In this document: positions 14,133 through 26,971 of the stretch, piece after piece
Layout of the letters: each line of letters opens with the position of its first letter
Numbering within the stretch: position 1 is the stretch's first letter
Assembly: GCA_030704615.1 (NCBI GenBank)
Contig: CM060731.1
Span: 41,850,001 to 41,914,000, forward strand
Length of the DNA: 64,000 bases
DNA from: Takakia lepidozioides
Taxonomy: Eukaryota > Plantae > Bryophyta
Direction: 5' to 3'
The notes under the pieces: generated by a model
The model's input: the letters and a program-made list of their open reading frames with translations, nothing else
The model's database searches: none
Told to the model about the DNA's origin: nothing
Translations under genes and position numbers: made by a program

Positions 14133-14459
14133 TTCCACAAAAGTTCGAAAATTAAAACACCTGAGAGGCGATGAGGATTCTGATACAACTGTTTCTTCAC
14201 AGAATTCTTTTGACATGGGAGAAGACTATGCAATTCAGATGGCAGAGAAAGAAGCGAGGGGTCTCCTATGCCGGAAAGGTTACCTCGATATCAGCCTCCA
14301 GAGGGCCTCACTTATCCAGGTAGTGATCAACCATCTCCATCAACCAGAGACAGACCTCGGGCTCGTACACACAGTCCGCCACGAAACTCAACGTCAACAG
14401 GTGCTCACTCACAAAGGTTTGCTACTCGGAAACAGTAAACCGTGAGGACACGGCTTTTT

Positions 14460-14475
14460 GAGGGGGAAGGGGTAA
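14460..14475 (+). promoter_or_regulatory. Polypurine tract
   Basis: GAGGGGGAAGGGGTAA immediately precedes the 3' LTR. Confidence 0.9.
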
Positions 14476-15442
14476 TGTTAGAGGACTGTAGGGGACTTAG
14501 ACACTTATACGGGATCTGTAGGGTACCCTTAATTTTTGCACAGACTGAGACCAACAGGAGCCTTAGGGGTGACAGCAGCGCACTGTAGAGGGGGGTTACA
14601 CAGTCGTCACAGCACAGACACAGCCCGTCACAGTCGTCACACACACAGCCAACACAGCCCGTCACAGCCCACACAGCCCACACAGCCGTCACAGTCGTCA
14701 CAGCCCACACAGCCAACACAGCCGTCACAGCCCACACAGCCCGTCACAGTCGTCACAGCCCGCACAGCCAGTCACAGCCCGTCACAGTTTCACACAGCCA
14801 GTCACAGCTTGACACAGCTGTCACGATCATAGGGAACGAAGAGTAGGACAGGAACGATGTGGGGAACAACACCTGCGAAGGGAACATGTTAGTTCACAGA
14901 CGACGGTTAGTGAGGGAAACGGTTAGAACGCGGATAGGAAGATAAAGGGAAAAACGGGGAATTGAGGGGGATCATTATTCGGAGGAGGACTTCTTAGTCA
15001 GGCTGGAGCGGGATCGGAAGAAAAGATGGAGAGCACGGTGAAGGAGGAAAGAGGATTAGTAGATGCTTGTTATATGCAAAGCTAGTGATATTGTAGAGAG
15101 ATTAGAGACAAATGGCTTCGGCCTGATACCTGATATAAATAATCTGATACTTACACGATACAATCACACTGTGTAGAGAGATCTGAGTGAAGCTGTGGAT
15201 TGAATGGATGAGTGAAGGAAACCGATAGATTGATGAAGCAAACTGATACTTAATTATCAATGGTAAGGTAGCTAAGATGAATGCGAAAAGGGAAACAAAT
15301 AGGAAACACCCCCATGATACACTAGCTGTAGGTCATGACTGATTGTTCTGCGCGGGCTGAGTACTTAGAGATTTCCAACTCTTCTATCTTGGAGTTTCCG
15401 CCTCGGATAGCGAAGGGATGGGTGAGTAAAAGCCGCGCGACA
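14476..15442 (+). repeat. 3' LTR (967 bp)
   Basis: Direct repeat of 2439-3347 with a longer CACAGC array. Confidence 0.97.
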
Positions 15443-17881
15443 GAATGATAGTCGCCGTTGTTGACTTAGACCTCCACTCCCTCAAGGATGGAGTCATAAA
15501 GGGAACGCAAAGAGGTGGGAGCACTGGGAAAACAAATGATCCTATGATAGAGAACATCACATGTTTTGAGGAGTGGGAGGGAGGTTGGGAATCAAGAAAA
15601 ACATCCTCATGCTACATAGATAGGAGTAGGCAAGCAAAAACTTTGTGAAACCTACCCATTCGTCCCTGCAAGTTCTTGTCCCATGATATATGATGCTGCA
15701 GTGAGTGCTCCCTTTCACTTCGACAGTTCTTCATCATTGTGCCACCGCTTTAGTTTCTCAAGACCTACCTGTAAACAACCTTTATCTGGCCTCCGTACAT
15801 CACTGGGTGTCACATAGAAGATAGGCAAGATGACTCTGTCCGGGATCTCCAACATGAGACATAACTCATCTAGGCACCACCTAGACTCGGTGTAACCCTT
15901 AGTGAACACTGGTATGCAGATACGAGCATTGCTTAGAGCGTGATGAATAGACTCCCATGATTTCTCTCCCAAACCAATATCATTGGCATCTAGGAACGGC
16001 GTAAACCCAGCAAAGCGCAATGCCTCATCCAAGTGACTCACGAAAGCCTTCTTCACATCTGGCCCTCTATGACTAATAAACACATCATAACTCTTTGAGA
16101 GACCTGCACAAGGTCGAACAAAACAATTGAAAATTGCCAAGTGAATGACAAGTAAATGCCCGTGCTTGAGCATACAACACCCAAAAGTGGTGGGGCCTCC
16201 TAGGGATGAGCAAAAAGGTATTACCTAAGCCACTAGTGCCCTCATCTTACTTTCTTTCTATCTTTCAGACCTCATATATGTGCCCCATTTTGACACAACG
16301 TAGGTATGTGAGTTGGAGTGATAGACAAAGTGGCAATGTGACCTCCTAATCGGCAGAATTCACCTCAAGCAATTGACGAACAATTGACAATTTCATGCAA
16401 GGGACATGTGGACACATTCTACCATTCCTGCATACTTTATGTGGGGTGTACGAAGTAATTGCAGTGGAAATCCATACTCTACATATTTGTTAGGCAGTCC
16501 GTAACAAGAGGAACACCAGATTCTTGGGTGTCTTCATTGAAACTGATTGCCAATGTAGGTAATGTTCAACCCATCAAAGGAATTTTTTGAGTTCGACCAC
16601 TATTCCATCCTTCAAGGGAGAGCTCCTATAGACTCTTAGTCAGCTGTGGACTCCAGGTCGACACCATGTGCTGATCAACACCACTATTGTATACCATTGT
16701 TAGACCTTCATGCTGGAGTTCATGGACTTCTAAAGCATATTGAACTTCTCTCATCTTCAGCATGTCACTCCCAGTCCGTTACATAAAAACGTATTTTCTT
16801 CCAGGTGTGTTACATCTCATGTCATCATGTTTGCAGCGTATAGTTGTGCCTCTTCAGATCGGCTGTGTGCGAACTACTCCGTGCTTCAAACAAGTTGGGG
16901 CAAGGTAAGAAGGACTTAGGCTCATAAAGTCCCGCCAGATTTCGACTACTTTACAATTTCACAGATTCATCGTCTCGCAACAAAGAGAGCTCGCGTCTGT
17001 GGGCTATCGTGTGGTAACCCATAATAATTGTCAATCCCATCCAAGAGGCCAGCTCTCTCAAAGGAGGAAAGAAAGCTGACAGAATTACCTGTGGGGGGTT
17101 GGTTGCCGAGAGAGCTGGAAGCAAGTTCGCCCCTTTGAGCAGATGCGGCACTGGATTTCGACCAAAGAGGGGAGAGCAGCTGCACGGCACAGCGAAGCAC
17201 ATAGCACACGCCAACAATCGCAAGCGCCGCCCGGTAGCCCATCCCATATATTCACTTGTCCACTCTGCGCTCCCGCGATTTATGCTCACCCTCGATCGGC
17301 TTCCGATGCGGCACCAACCCACATCCAGCAGAAGCTGCATGCCATGATTTCACACTCTCCAGAACTCACTAGCTCTTTCAGTGTATGAGATCGCAACAGA
17401 CAGCAATACGTGACGTGGGAAAACCTTCATAGCTCATGTAGAAGAACCCCAAGCCATTAGAATGAAGTTGTGCGGCACAGTGAGGAGTCGATGCAGAGCG
17501 TCCACGGCAGCGATCACACTCTAAACAAACAGGATTGTTGCTATGAGGACCAACACGAGAGCCTCGCTTCCTGTTCCCCCAAAGAGTCTACGGTCAAGGC
17601 GGGAGTACCGAGGGACGGTGACTTCCCCTGTGTAAAAGATTTTCCAACTTTTTTGTTTCCAGCTTACTGTATTTCTCAATTGTACTAGGAAAATGACAAG
17701 AAGTAAAGAAATAGAAAAATAAAGACAAGAAAGAAATCTTACAGGGAAATTCCTCTGAAGATATCCCGCATAATAAGATATTGGTTTTTTCTTTCGGTTT
17801 TTTTTTGTGAAAGGGGATGAGGCCCTTGTTAGCTTTATTGAAGGGAAAAAAATTAAAACCCTTACATGCCCGTAGGCTGCC

Positions 17882-19978
17882 ATGAGGCCTATCACACAAA
17901 AAATGTGTTGGAGATACCATGAGAACAGAGACCGAATGCCTGCCATTAGGCAAAGCACGATGAGCGGCGTCGCCGCCAGACCTCGGCAAGGCCTGCAGCG
18001 CCGCCAACTTAGTGGAGGTGTTGGCAGTAGCGACAGCGGTAGCAGCGCTAAGCGAGCAAGCGGCCGTTGTGCACCAGTGGGCCCCACGCCGGTCAGGCGG
18101 CCTCGATCGGTTCGTCCCCCAACTCGTTCAGCCCCTACGCCGTACAGGCAGCCAACTCCAGCCCTCACCACAACCCCTTTATTGCCTACTCCACCATCCC
18201 TGGCAGTTCGCTCCCCAGAGCAACGAGAGGTGTTGAACACGCCGCAACTGCTCCTACTGGAAGACTTGCTCCTCTTGGAAGACCTCAACGCCAACGTACC
18301 CCTACCCCTAGCTCACATGTTCCTGATGCGCACTAGAGTCCAAGCTCCAGACACCAAGTTCAAGAAGAGTCGTCATCTTCACAACAGTCTTCTCCACCGC
18401 TGATTCCAGGTTCTTCCATTGGCACCCCACCGACCGAAGAACTCCCACAGTGTCTGTTGAGCCCTCCCCCGCTGCGCCTCTCAGGTAGGGTTCGAGGTCC
18501 CACGCCAGTCACTTCTCTTCCAGGTTCTCCATCCCATTCTCGGCAGCGGCTTCAAGGCAGCCCAACTCCTCTTGGTCATGAGCCTCTCCACGTGCCTTCT
18601 TCTCCAGTTGTGCAGCCTGCATTGCCGACCCCATCACTCTTGCCCCAACAGCAGGCGCCTCTCCCATCAAACCGTACCCCATGCCCAGCTTGTGGTCATC
18701 TTTTTGCGCGCATCAGAGGGCTTGCGCGACACCAACGCACGTGTGCGGCTCTTCATCAGTCCCACACAAATGGTACTTCTCCATTTCAGCCCAGTGTCTT
18801 GCACGCGCCACCTCCTGCCTTTGCTTGGCATTGGCTTTCAGCGCTAGATGTTCTGGGCGCATTTCAGCTAGGACTGCCAAGGCCTCGTCTTTATACAAGA
18901 ATTCCGGTGGCACTACGTCATGAGGTCCAACTGGCACTCCGTCTACCCTTAGACAGGCTGGCTCGTGATCCTGATGATATACCAGCATGGTATCTTTTCT
19001 TGTTATTTCCTCAATGGTGTTTGGTTTTGCTCCCTCGTGGCGGTCAGTCAGGGCATAGAGAGACGCGCATCCGTCTTCGCCGTTTTTTATCTGGAGATTG
19101 GGAGAGTCTGCAAGATGAGCATCAATTACGGGCACTAGCCCTTGCGGCACGCGCCCCTCCCGTTTCCTCTACGCAGCCACCCTCATCGGCCCATAGGCGA
19201 CTTCGTCATAGTCTCATGTTAGGCCGCGTTGGCGAGTACTCACGCGCGGCCAAGGCTTTAGCACCTTCCTCACCAGCGCCTCCATCACCAGATACTGTCA
19301 CTGCCCTCGAAGCCCTTCACCCATCAGCTCAGGATATTTTGCCGCTTTTTGTTGAGGACTTCGAGCCAGACCATGATCTCAAGCTAGATCAGGAGGTCTT
19401 CATTCAGGCCTTCACGCGCAGTCCCCATCTTGCAGCGGCAGGTCCTTCCGGTCTCCTGTATGAGCACTTACGCGACTATTTCTCTCCATAGGACTCTGCT
19501 AGTGGCTTCTCTCAACTATTTCAGATTTGCTCCTTTATTGCTGTTGGCCGTATCCCTGCCCCAGTGGCCCGTCTCCTTGGGGCCTCCAGATTGTTGGCTA
19601 TGAGCAAACCCTCAAGTACTGGCATCCGCCCTATCGCAGTTGGAGAGGTTTTTTACCGCGTTGTTAGCCGCTCACTTTGTCTTTAGTTTCGAGATGCCTT
19701 CTCCGGACACCTCTTTCCGCACCAGTTCGGGGTCGCCACTCCAGGCGGTTGCGAGGCGGTGGTTCAGGGGATTCGTGCAGCTCTTGATCTTCATCCGGAT
19801 TGGGTGGTTCTTCAGGTCGACGTCACCAACGCTTTCAACACTGTGTCACGAGCGGTTATCTTTCAGGAGCTCCGTTCAGCCGGAGGAGATTTCCACCAGC
19901 TCATTCCGTTTGTTCGATTATTCTATGCATCCACCACTCCCCTATACTACAGTCATCATTCTCGCCTAGGAGAAAGAA
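17882..19978 (+). mobile_element. CRE-clade-like non-LTR retrotransposon, 3'-truncated inside RT
   Basis: Pro/Ser-rich N-terminus; zinc finger CPACGHLFARIRGLARHQRTC; RT motifs AAGPSGL, KP..GIRPIAVGE, HQFGVATPGGCE and QVDVTNAFNTVSR; in-frame stops; cut by an LTR-like TG at 19979. Confidence 0.8.
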
Positions 19979-22900
19979 TGTCGCGCACCTCAATTCGGTA
20001 AACTCCCCTTCAAGTCATAGTTACTCGCTTTGATGCGCGCGCCTGACTCCCAACGTGGCCGCCGGGCCAACTTGGAGCTTCGGCTGCTCACCGGGACATA
20101 ACGGTCCCATTTCGCTTCCCTCTAAAACCCTCCACCTAATTGGGGCTAGGAGAATTCCCTTTGGTAGATGGCAGTCCGGAACAGCTCCCCACTCTTTGGT
20201 CGCTTTCCGGCTCGCTCGCTTACTCACTAGTTTTTGGACACCAACGGGCTTGCACCGTTCTCGGGGTTACTACTCCCTTATATATACTTCTGTAGCTGTC
20301 CGCGGGGGTTCCACAACCAGCCATGCCATTTTATGGCGAACCACCACGAAAACCCTCGACTCCCGGTGGTGAGTCGCGGTGAGTCTTGGCCCGCTCACCA
20401 CGGCCCCTATGGACCGTGATGAGTCCTAAGACTCCCCACAACTCCCACCACGAGGTCTCCGCCCCCATGGTGAGTCCTATGCCACCCCCACCGCAACCCG
20501 GTGTGCGGGGCTCCACCTAGTGAGCGCCTCCGCTTCCCTGAGTGCCTTGGGCACTCAAGGGTGCTTCAACCCCCCTTACCTATCGCTGCCGCTGCCCCCA
20601 CCACAGGGGCAGCCCCTCATGTGTCCCGACCCCCCCCTGCCCTCAAGGCAAAGGGCCGCGACACACAGCCCTACCAACAGGGAGTCGATGTCCTCATCGA
20701 CTTGTCCATGTAGAAACGAACATCCGAGTTGTGGCGTCCCACATCAAGGAGTTTGTTTCTGTACCATGGCGTCCCATGGCAAAGAACCAAACCCCACACT
20801 TGACTCTACTCTCCACTAGCTAGTTCGGCCGACTTCCTCCAAGTCCCGGCCAAGGGTGGAGCCTCTCCAGCTCCTCCCAGTGCACTCTTCTTGGCCTACT
20901 TCAAGGCCAAGGAACGATCCTCCCCGAGGATCGAATCGCCTTACTGCAACAACATTGCTTGCGATCGCTCATGATGCCGCTTTTGGCATCACCTAGAGCA
21001 AGGGTTCACCTGGAACCCTCTTTGACTAGGAAGATAACCTTGAACCAACCATGCGCCCCAATCACTACAATTGGGTCCGCCTTGGAATGCTGGCCTGAGG
21101 TACGGGAACACGCCGAAGCCGCACTACGACTTCGTCCCGAGGCTACACGATTATAATACGTGAACGGAAGCACGTAGCTTCCGCGTTAGCCCGCACTACA
21201 AGGCAACCCCCTCGGTAGCGCAGTTATAGTACGCGCACGCGCCAGGTGCGCACTAGCACGTGAACTCCCAAAGAAGGCGCAAGTTTCCTTGCCCCTTGGA
21301 TGGGAGTCACCCGATTTCGGCACTGCGCAAACACACGATTACCCAATTTACCTTTCCCACTTTTGTAAGCTAGCATGCATTCTACACACTTAGCCAACCA
21401 CACCATGCATCACCATTCCAAACACAATAGGACGCACAATATTTGGAACCCATTTCCTTTATAACAAATTTTTGTACAATACAAGTTTTGGCAATCGGAT
21501 TCCTGAGCTAGCTAAACCGGGCTAAGCATGCATTTCCTCCCCCACGCTCCAAGGTTGATGTCCCCATCAACGCTTCTTCCGCTTTTGAGGTCGCCCTTCG
21601 AAAGCTGCAACCGCCTCGGATGCGTTTCCCATTTCTGAGGCACGCACCCAAGATGCCTCCACATGATGATAGCCCTTCCATTTGACGAGATACTCCGTTT
21701 CTCGGTTCCTGAACCTCCTTGACTTAAGTATTGCCTCCACCTCGTACTCAGGTGCATTTTCATGATCCAACAGCATAGGTGGCGGACGCAACACTTGATG
21801 CCGATTCGGACGCGCTTCATCTTTGAAGTAAGGCTTCAAAAGGGAGACATGGAATACTGGGTGCACCTTGCTGTTTGCCGGCAGCTCCAATTCATACACA
21901 TCCTCATTCATAACCTTCCGAATGCGAAAGGGTCCCGCATACGGAGGCACGAACTTCGGACTCACTTCCGGAGGTAGTCGGAAATTCTTGATGTTCAACC
22001 AGACCTCTGTGCCTGCCTCAAACTTCACTTCCCTCCGCTTCCGATTCGCTTGCCTTTCATACCGTTTCCTAGCTTTGGCAATATTGTACTTTGCGAGCTT
22101 CAACAAACGCTCGCGTTCTTCCAGTACCGCCGCTACTTCCGGTTCCTCAACGTCTTGGGCGGCCCAACTTGTCGGCACCAGAGGTGCTTTTCCATAGACC
22201 AATACGAAAGGGAAAACTCCCGTTGCGGAGTGTTCCGTGTTATTATAACAGAACTCTGCCGCGTCTAAGTGTTCCATCCAGTCTGATTGGTCTGCCGACA
22301 CGTAATTCCGCAAGAATTGCTTCACTACGGAATTCACTCTTTCCGTTTGGCCGTCCATCGTAGGTCGAAAGGCGGTGCTCATCTTCAGCCTCGTCCCCAT
22401 CTTCTTCCAAAGTGCTCTCCAGAATTTATTCGTAAACTTTGGATCGCGGTCCGAGACAATATCCTTCGGGACTCCATGATGCTTTAAGACGTGGGCGAAG
22501 TAAAGTCGCCCTGTCTCCTGCGCCGTTGCCGTCTCCTTGGTGGGGATGAAATGGCCCATTTTACTGAACCTATCTACCACCACCATGATTGCATCGAATC
22601 CTTTTGACAGCGGCATAGTAGTCATGAAATCCATCGAGACGCTTTCCCAAGTCCCCTCTGGAATCGGCAAGGGTTGTAACAGCCCTGCTTGCTTTTTGTA
22701 CTCGCTCCGGTTTTGTTGGCATGTGGTGCATGTCTTGACATACTCCTCTGCCTCCTCCCTCGGTTTGGGCCAGAAATATTCTTTCTTCAAGAGTGCCGCA
22801 GTGCGCTTGGCTCCGCCGTGGCCCGCAAGCGGGCTATCATGGCATTCTCTCAAGAGGCTATCTCCGATCCCTCCCTTCGGCACGTAGAGACGTTTTTGCT

Positions 22901-24188
22901 TATACCGGAGCAGTCCATTTTGCAAGTGGAACTGTGATTAACCCCATCCTCAAGTCCTGCATCACGGACTTCGCCAGCTCATCCTTCTGGCAAGCCTTCC
23001 GGATCTTCCTTTGGAGCGCCGTCTCGCCCTTGTACACCAACAAGAGCTGTTGCTTTCTACTTAAAGCATCGGCCACCACATTGTCCCGTCCCGGTTTGTA
23101 CTGGATATCCACGTCGAACACTGCCAAAGTATCTTGCCACCTAAGTTGTTTTGGGGACAACTTGGGCTGCGTGGCAAAATACTTCACCGTGACATTGTCC
23201 GTGAACACCTTCACTGGGTTGGAACCAATATAGTGGCGCCAGAGCTCAAGGCAATGCACCACCGCCTTCATCTCTTTTTCGTGCGTCGGCCACCGTCGCT
23301 CCACTTCATTCAGTTTCTTACTTTCGTAAGCCACTGGACGTCCATCTTGCATAAGAACACCCCCAATCGCGAAGTCCGATGCATCTGTATGAATCTCAAA
23401 CGGACGATCGAACTCCGGGATTTTCAAGACTGGAGCTTCCGTCATCCGCTGCTTCAATTCAGCAAAAGCTTGGCCACAAAATGTGTTCCATACCCAGACT
23501 TTGGATTTACACAGAAGGTCCGACAGCGGCCCCGCGATCTTGGCGAAATTTCTCACATACTTCCGGTAATAGGAGGCGAGTCCTAGGAAGGATCGTACTC
23601 CCGGGACCGAAGTCGGAGGCTCCCAGTCCAAGATCGCCCTCACCTTTCTGTCATCCATTTTGATCCCATCCTGTGTAATCACATGCCCCCAAGAACTCCT
23701 TTTGTGACCCCGAATTCGCACTTTGAAGCTTTGGCATACAGCTTCCCTCTCGCAATTTTTGGAACACCCTTTTGAGGTGCTCCAGGTGCTCCTCCTTTGT
23801 TTTCGAGTACACCAAGATGTCGTCGATGTACACGATCACAAAGTCATCCAACCACTCCTGGAAAAGGCTGTTCATCAGCGTGCTAAATGTCGCCGGTGCA
23901 TTGGTGAGCCCAAAAGGCATCACCAAGAACTCATATGAACCATACCTTGTCCTGCACGCGGTCTTCTCCTCATCTCCTTCCGCCACCCGAATTTGGTGAT
24001 AGCCGGAGCGCAAGTCGATCCGGCTGAAATACTTCGCTCCTGCCAACCGATCGAAAAGGTCGTCGATCCTTGGCAAAGGGTACCGGTTTTTGATAGTCAC
24101 CTTATTCAGAGCCCTGTAATCGACACACATCCGCAGCGTCCCATCCTTCTTGTCTGCAAATAGCACCGGGGCTCCGTAAGGTGACTTA
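19979..24188 (-). mobile_element. Chromovirus (Ty3/gypsy with chromodomain; Tcn1/Galadriel-like), 5' half missing; putative 3' LTR 21532-19979
   Basis: RT (YIDD), RNase H (TDASDFAIGG), integrase (HDSPLAGH..CTTC, SDRDPKF, GQTER, GPF) and chromodomain YEVEAIL...YLVKWKGY; PPT GGGGGAGGAAA at about 21543-21533 followed by TG. The LTR boundary is inferred because only one copy is present. Confidence 0.9.
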
Positions 24189-24189
24189 A

Positions 24190-25130
24190 CCCCTCACAGC
24201 CCATCACAGCCCCAAAGGCCACGGGCACAACCTGTCACAGCCCCTCCCAGCCCGTCACAGCCCATCACAGCCCCAAAGGCCACCGGCACAGCCTGTCACA
24301 ACCCCTCACAGCCCATCACAGCCCAAAGGCCTCAGGCACGGCCTGTCACAACCCCTCATAGCCCGTCACAGCCCCAAAGCCTCAAGCACGGCCTGTCACA
24401 GCCCCTCACAGCCCCTCACAGCCCCAAAGGCCTCAGGCACGGCCCCTCACAGCCCATCACAGCCCCACAGGCCACAGGGCGCAGCCCGCCACAGCCTGTC
24501 ACAGCCCCACAGGCCACTAAGCATGTCACAGCCCGTCACAGCTCGCCAGCCCGTCACAGCCCCAAAGGCCTCAGGCACGGCCTGTCACAGCCCCTCACAG
24601 CCCAAAGGCCTCAGGCAAGGCACGGCCTGTCACAGCCCCTCACAGCCCAAAGGCCACGGGCACAGCCTGTCACAGCCCTCACAGCCCGTCACAGCCCCAC
24701 AGGCCACTGGGCACAGCCTGTCACAGCCCCGCACAGCCCGTCACAGCTCCAAAGGCCTCAGGCACGGCCTGTCACAGCCCTCACAGCCCATCACAACCCT
24801 ACAGGCCACAGGCACAGCCTGTCACAGCCCCGCACAGCCCGTCACAGCTCCAAAGGCCTCAGGCACGGCCTGTCACAGCCCCTCACAGCCCATCACAGCC
24901 CTAAAGGCCACAGGCACAGCCTGTCACAGGCCCAAAAGGCCACCGGCACAGCCCCTCACAGCCCATCACAGCCCCCAAGGCCACCGGCGCAGCCCGTCAC
25001 AGGCCCTCACAGCCCGTCACAAACCCGAAGGCCACCGGCACAGGCCCTCATAGGCCCTCACAGCCCGTCACAGCCCCGAAGGTCACCAGCGCAGCCCGTC
25101 ACAGCCCCTCATAGCCCGTCACAGCCCCAT
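24190..25130. repeat. About 940-bp tandem array of CACAGCCC/GTCACAG/AAAGGCC units
   Basis: Directly visible higher-order repeats such as ggcacggcctgtcacagcccctcacagcccatcacagcccc. Confidence 0.95.
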
Positions 25131-26971
25131 CCATGGCCGCTCTGGCAGTTTAGCCATTTCTCCAAGGGGTTTAGCCACGCCAAACTAGGGTTTGTGTCTC
25201 TTGGACTCTAGGCTTCTTTCCACCGAGCTATGGCGGCTGTGAGGAAATCAGCAATGTATTCTTGCTCTTTTGGCTCCACACACCACCATAGTAGCCCTAA
25301 GCCATGAGGTGGTTGCCACAAACCAAGCCTTCTTTCTCACTTAGCCTCCCCAAACACGCCACTAAACTCAATGGCAAACAACCAAGCCCTGCTGGTTCCC
25401 AGCCCTTGTGAGCACTCATTCAAGCACTCTCCTTGGCCATAGCATCTGTCTTAGAGCCTATTCCAGCCCCCTACACCTGCTGCTTCAATAGTTGCGCTCC
25501 CTTCAAGCTTGAAGTTGAAACCCCAACTCACATAGGCCCTACAAGTGCTTTTCTTTCACTCCAAGTGGAAACCAGCCCTAGACCTTCCGTTCTAGCTCTC
25601 TAAAACTTGAAAACAAGAGCCTCAATGGGCTGAAGGCATGCTCCACACATGCCCCACTCTCACCATAAGAGAATCAGCTCCTTTGCTTCATTTCTTGCAC
25701 CCACAAACCTGAAAATACAAGCTTCAGCAAGCTGAAAACATGCTCCTTATGCCCTATAGGGAAACCAGCCCCTTCCTTCCTTTTTTGCACTCCCACACCT
25801 GAAAGTGCAAGCCTTCACCAGGCTGATAGCATGCTCCACACATGCATTGCCCTCACATAAGGGAAGTCAGCCCTTCCCTCTTCCTTGCTTGCCCTCCAAG
25901 CTTGAAGATGGAAGCTTCAATGAGCTGAATACATGCTCCACACATGCAACCTCTTCACACAAGAGATATCAGCCCCCTATTGGCTCCTTGGCTCCTTGAT
26001 GCTCTCTAAGACAAGACTAAGCACTCCACAGCCTTTGCCAAGCTCCTGAAACCCTAAGGCTTACATTTCCAGCCACAAGACACTTCTCTTGTGGTGCAAA
26101 GCTCTTTTTCCAAGCTCTGAAACCCTAGGTGCACATTCCATGGCCTTGCCGCACCTCTTAGCTCCTGTTCCAGCCTGCTCTTGCCATAACAAGAGCCCTC
26201 TCAATGCTGAAGCTCGAGATTGAAACCCAATCTCACCATACTCCACAAAGTGCACTGATTTGCCCCAAGCCAAATCAGCCCTTTCTTGGTCTTGCAATCC
26301 TTCACACAATGAAAGCTCGCATTCCCAAGTCCAGTTCTCAGCTTTGCCACCAAAGCCACTATAACCTGCTCTTGACTGGTCCTCTTTCCAATCGTGCTTA
26401 CTCATGCATGTACACAATCTGAAACCATCAAGGTGCTCTGGAATTACCTGCAGCATGGTGCTTTCATCTCTGAAGCTGAAGATCGAATGCCAAGGTCTAC
26501 CACCTCGTAACCCCACATCGCCTCTGCTTCTAACAACCAAGAGCTCCACGGTGCTCCTTGCATAACAACTTGGTTTCTCTCATTCTCAAGCAAAAACCAC
26601 AAGTGCTACAACTAACTCGTATCTGGCACTCACAGATACGAGCTGATCTTTCTCGAGTGATAAAGAAGAATACAAGCACGAGCTCACAAATCTGAAGCAT
26701 AAACTCATGCATATATAACCTCATCACTCAAATACAAGTCAAGCCAAGTGCACCCCACGCCATGGGGAATCCACACTACGGCGCCATAGCTAGGCGTGGT
26801 GAGGCTCAACTCGAGAAAGATGAGCCTTCCGCGCTTGCCGTGAAGATAACCACTCCAGGGCCTAAATCTGCCTTGACCTCTGGATTGACACTTGGGCCAA
26901 TCCCAAATGTCAATATGTAAAAGCTAGCTATTTCCTAGCTAGTTTCACAATAGTGGTAAAATAACTTGACA
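24190..26971 (-). mobile_element. LTR-like segment of a third retroelement family (includes the ACAGC array), abutting the L1 relic
   Basis: Minus-strand TGTCA terminus at 26971; internal degenerate repeats (catgctccacacatgc) shared in inverted orientation with 62933-64000. Confidence 0.55.

Larger units (their letters stand above)
2439..15442 (+). mobile_element. Structurally complete non-chromoviral Ty3/gypsy LTR retrotransposon (Athila/Phygy/Selgy-like) with an extra 3' ORF
   Basis: TG..CA LTRs at 2439-3347 and 14476-15442; 5-bp TSD GAATG at 2434-2438 and 15443-15447; PBS and PPT present; domain order gag-PR-RT-RH-INT; no chromodomain and no second RNase H seen. Confidence 0.97.
69..16103 (-). 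pseudogene. TIR-NB-ARC-LRR (TNL) resistance-gene pseudogene; continues beyond the left window edge
   Basis: TIR exon 16103-15656 (YDVFISHRGPDVKKAFVSHL...SRWCLDEL); phase-2 GT..AG intron 15655-2011; NB-ARC exon from 2010 to about 970 (P-loop GTGGVGKTT, kinase-2 VLVVLDDID, GLPL, MHD); post-NB/LRR-entry exon about 360-69 (LRIIFLHD...LTWLRI...IQKLWEE). In-frame TGA stops at 15715-15717, 1533-1535 and 114-116. Confidence 0.9.

Noticed and set aside
114-15717. NLR TGA stops repaired by U-to-C editing
   Set aside because: U-to-C editing is organellar, and the TIR stop corresponds to Trp (TGG), which U-to-C editing cannot restore.
24190-25130. Repeat array as a CRISPR-like locus, or the 176-aa ORF 24523-25053 as a gene
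   Set aside because: There are no unique spacers, the context is eukaryotic, and the ORF is a by-product of a stop-poor repeat.
26770-26790. Minus-strand TGGCGCCGTAG as a tRNA-Asp PBS
   Set aside because: It is not preceded by an LTR CA end and the match is short.
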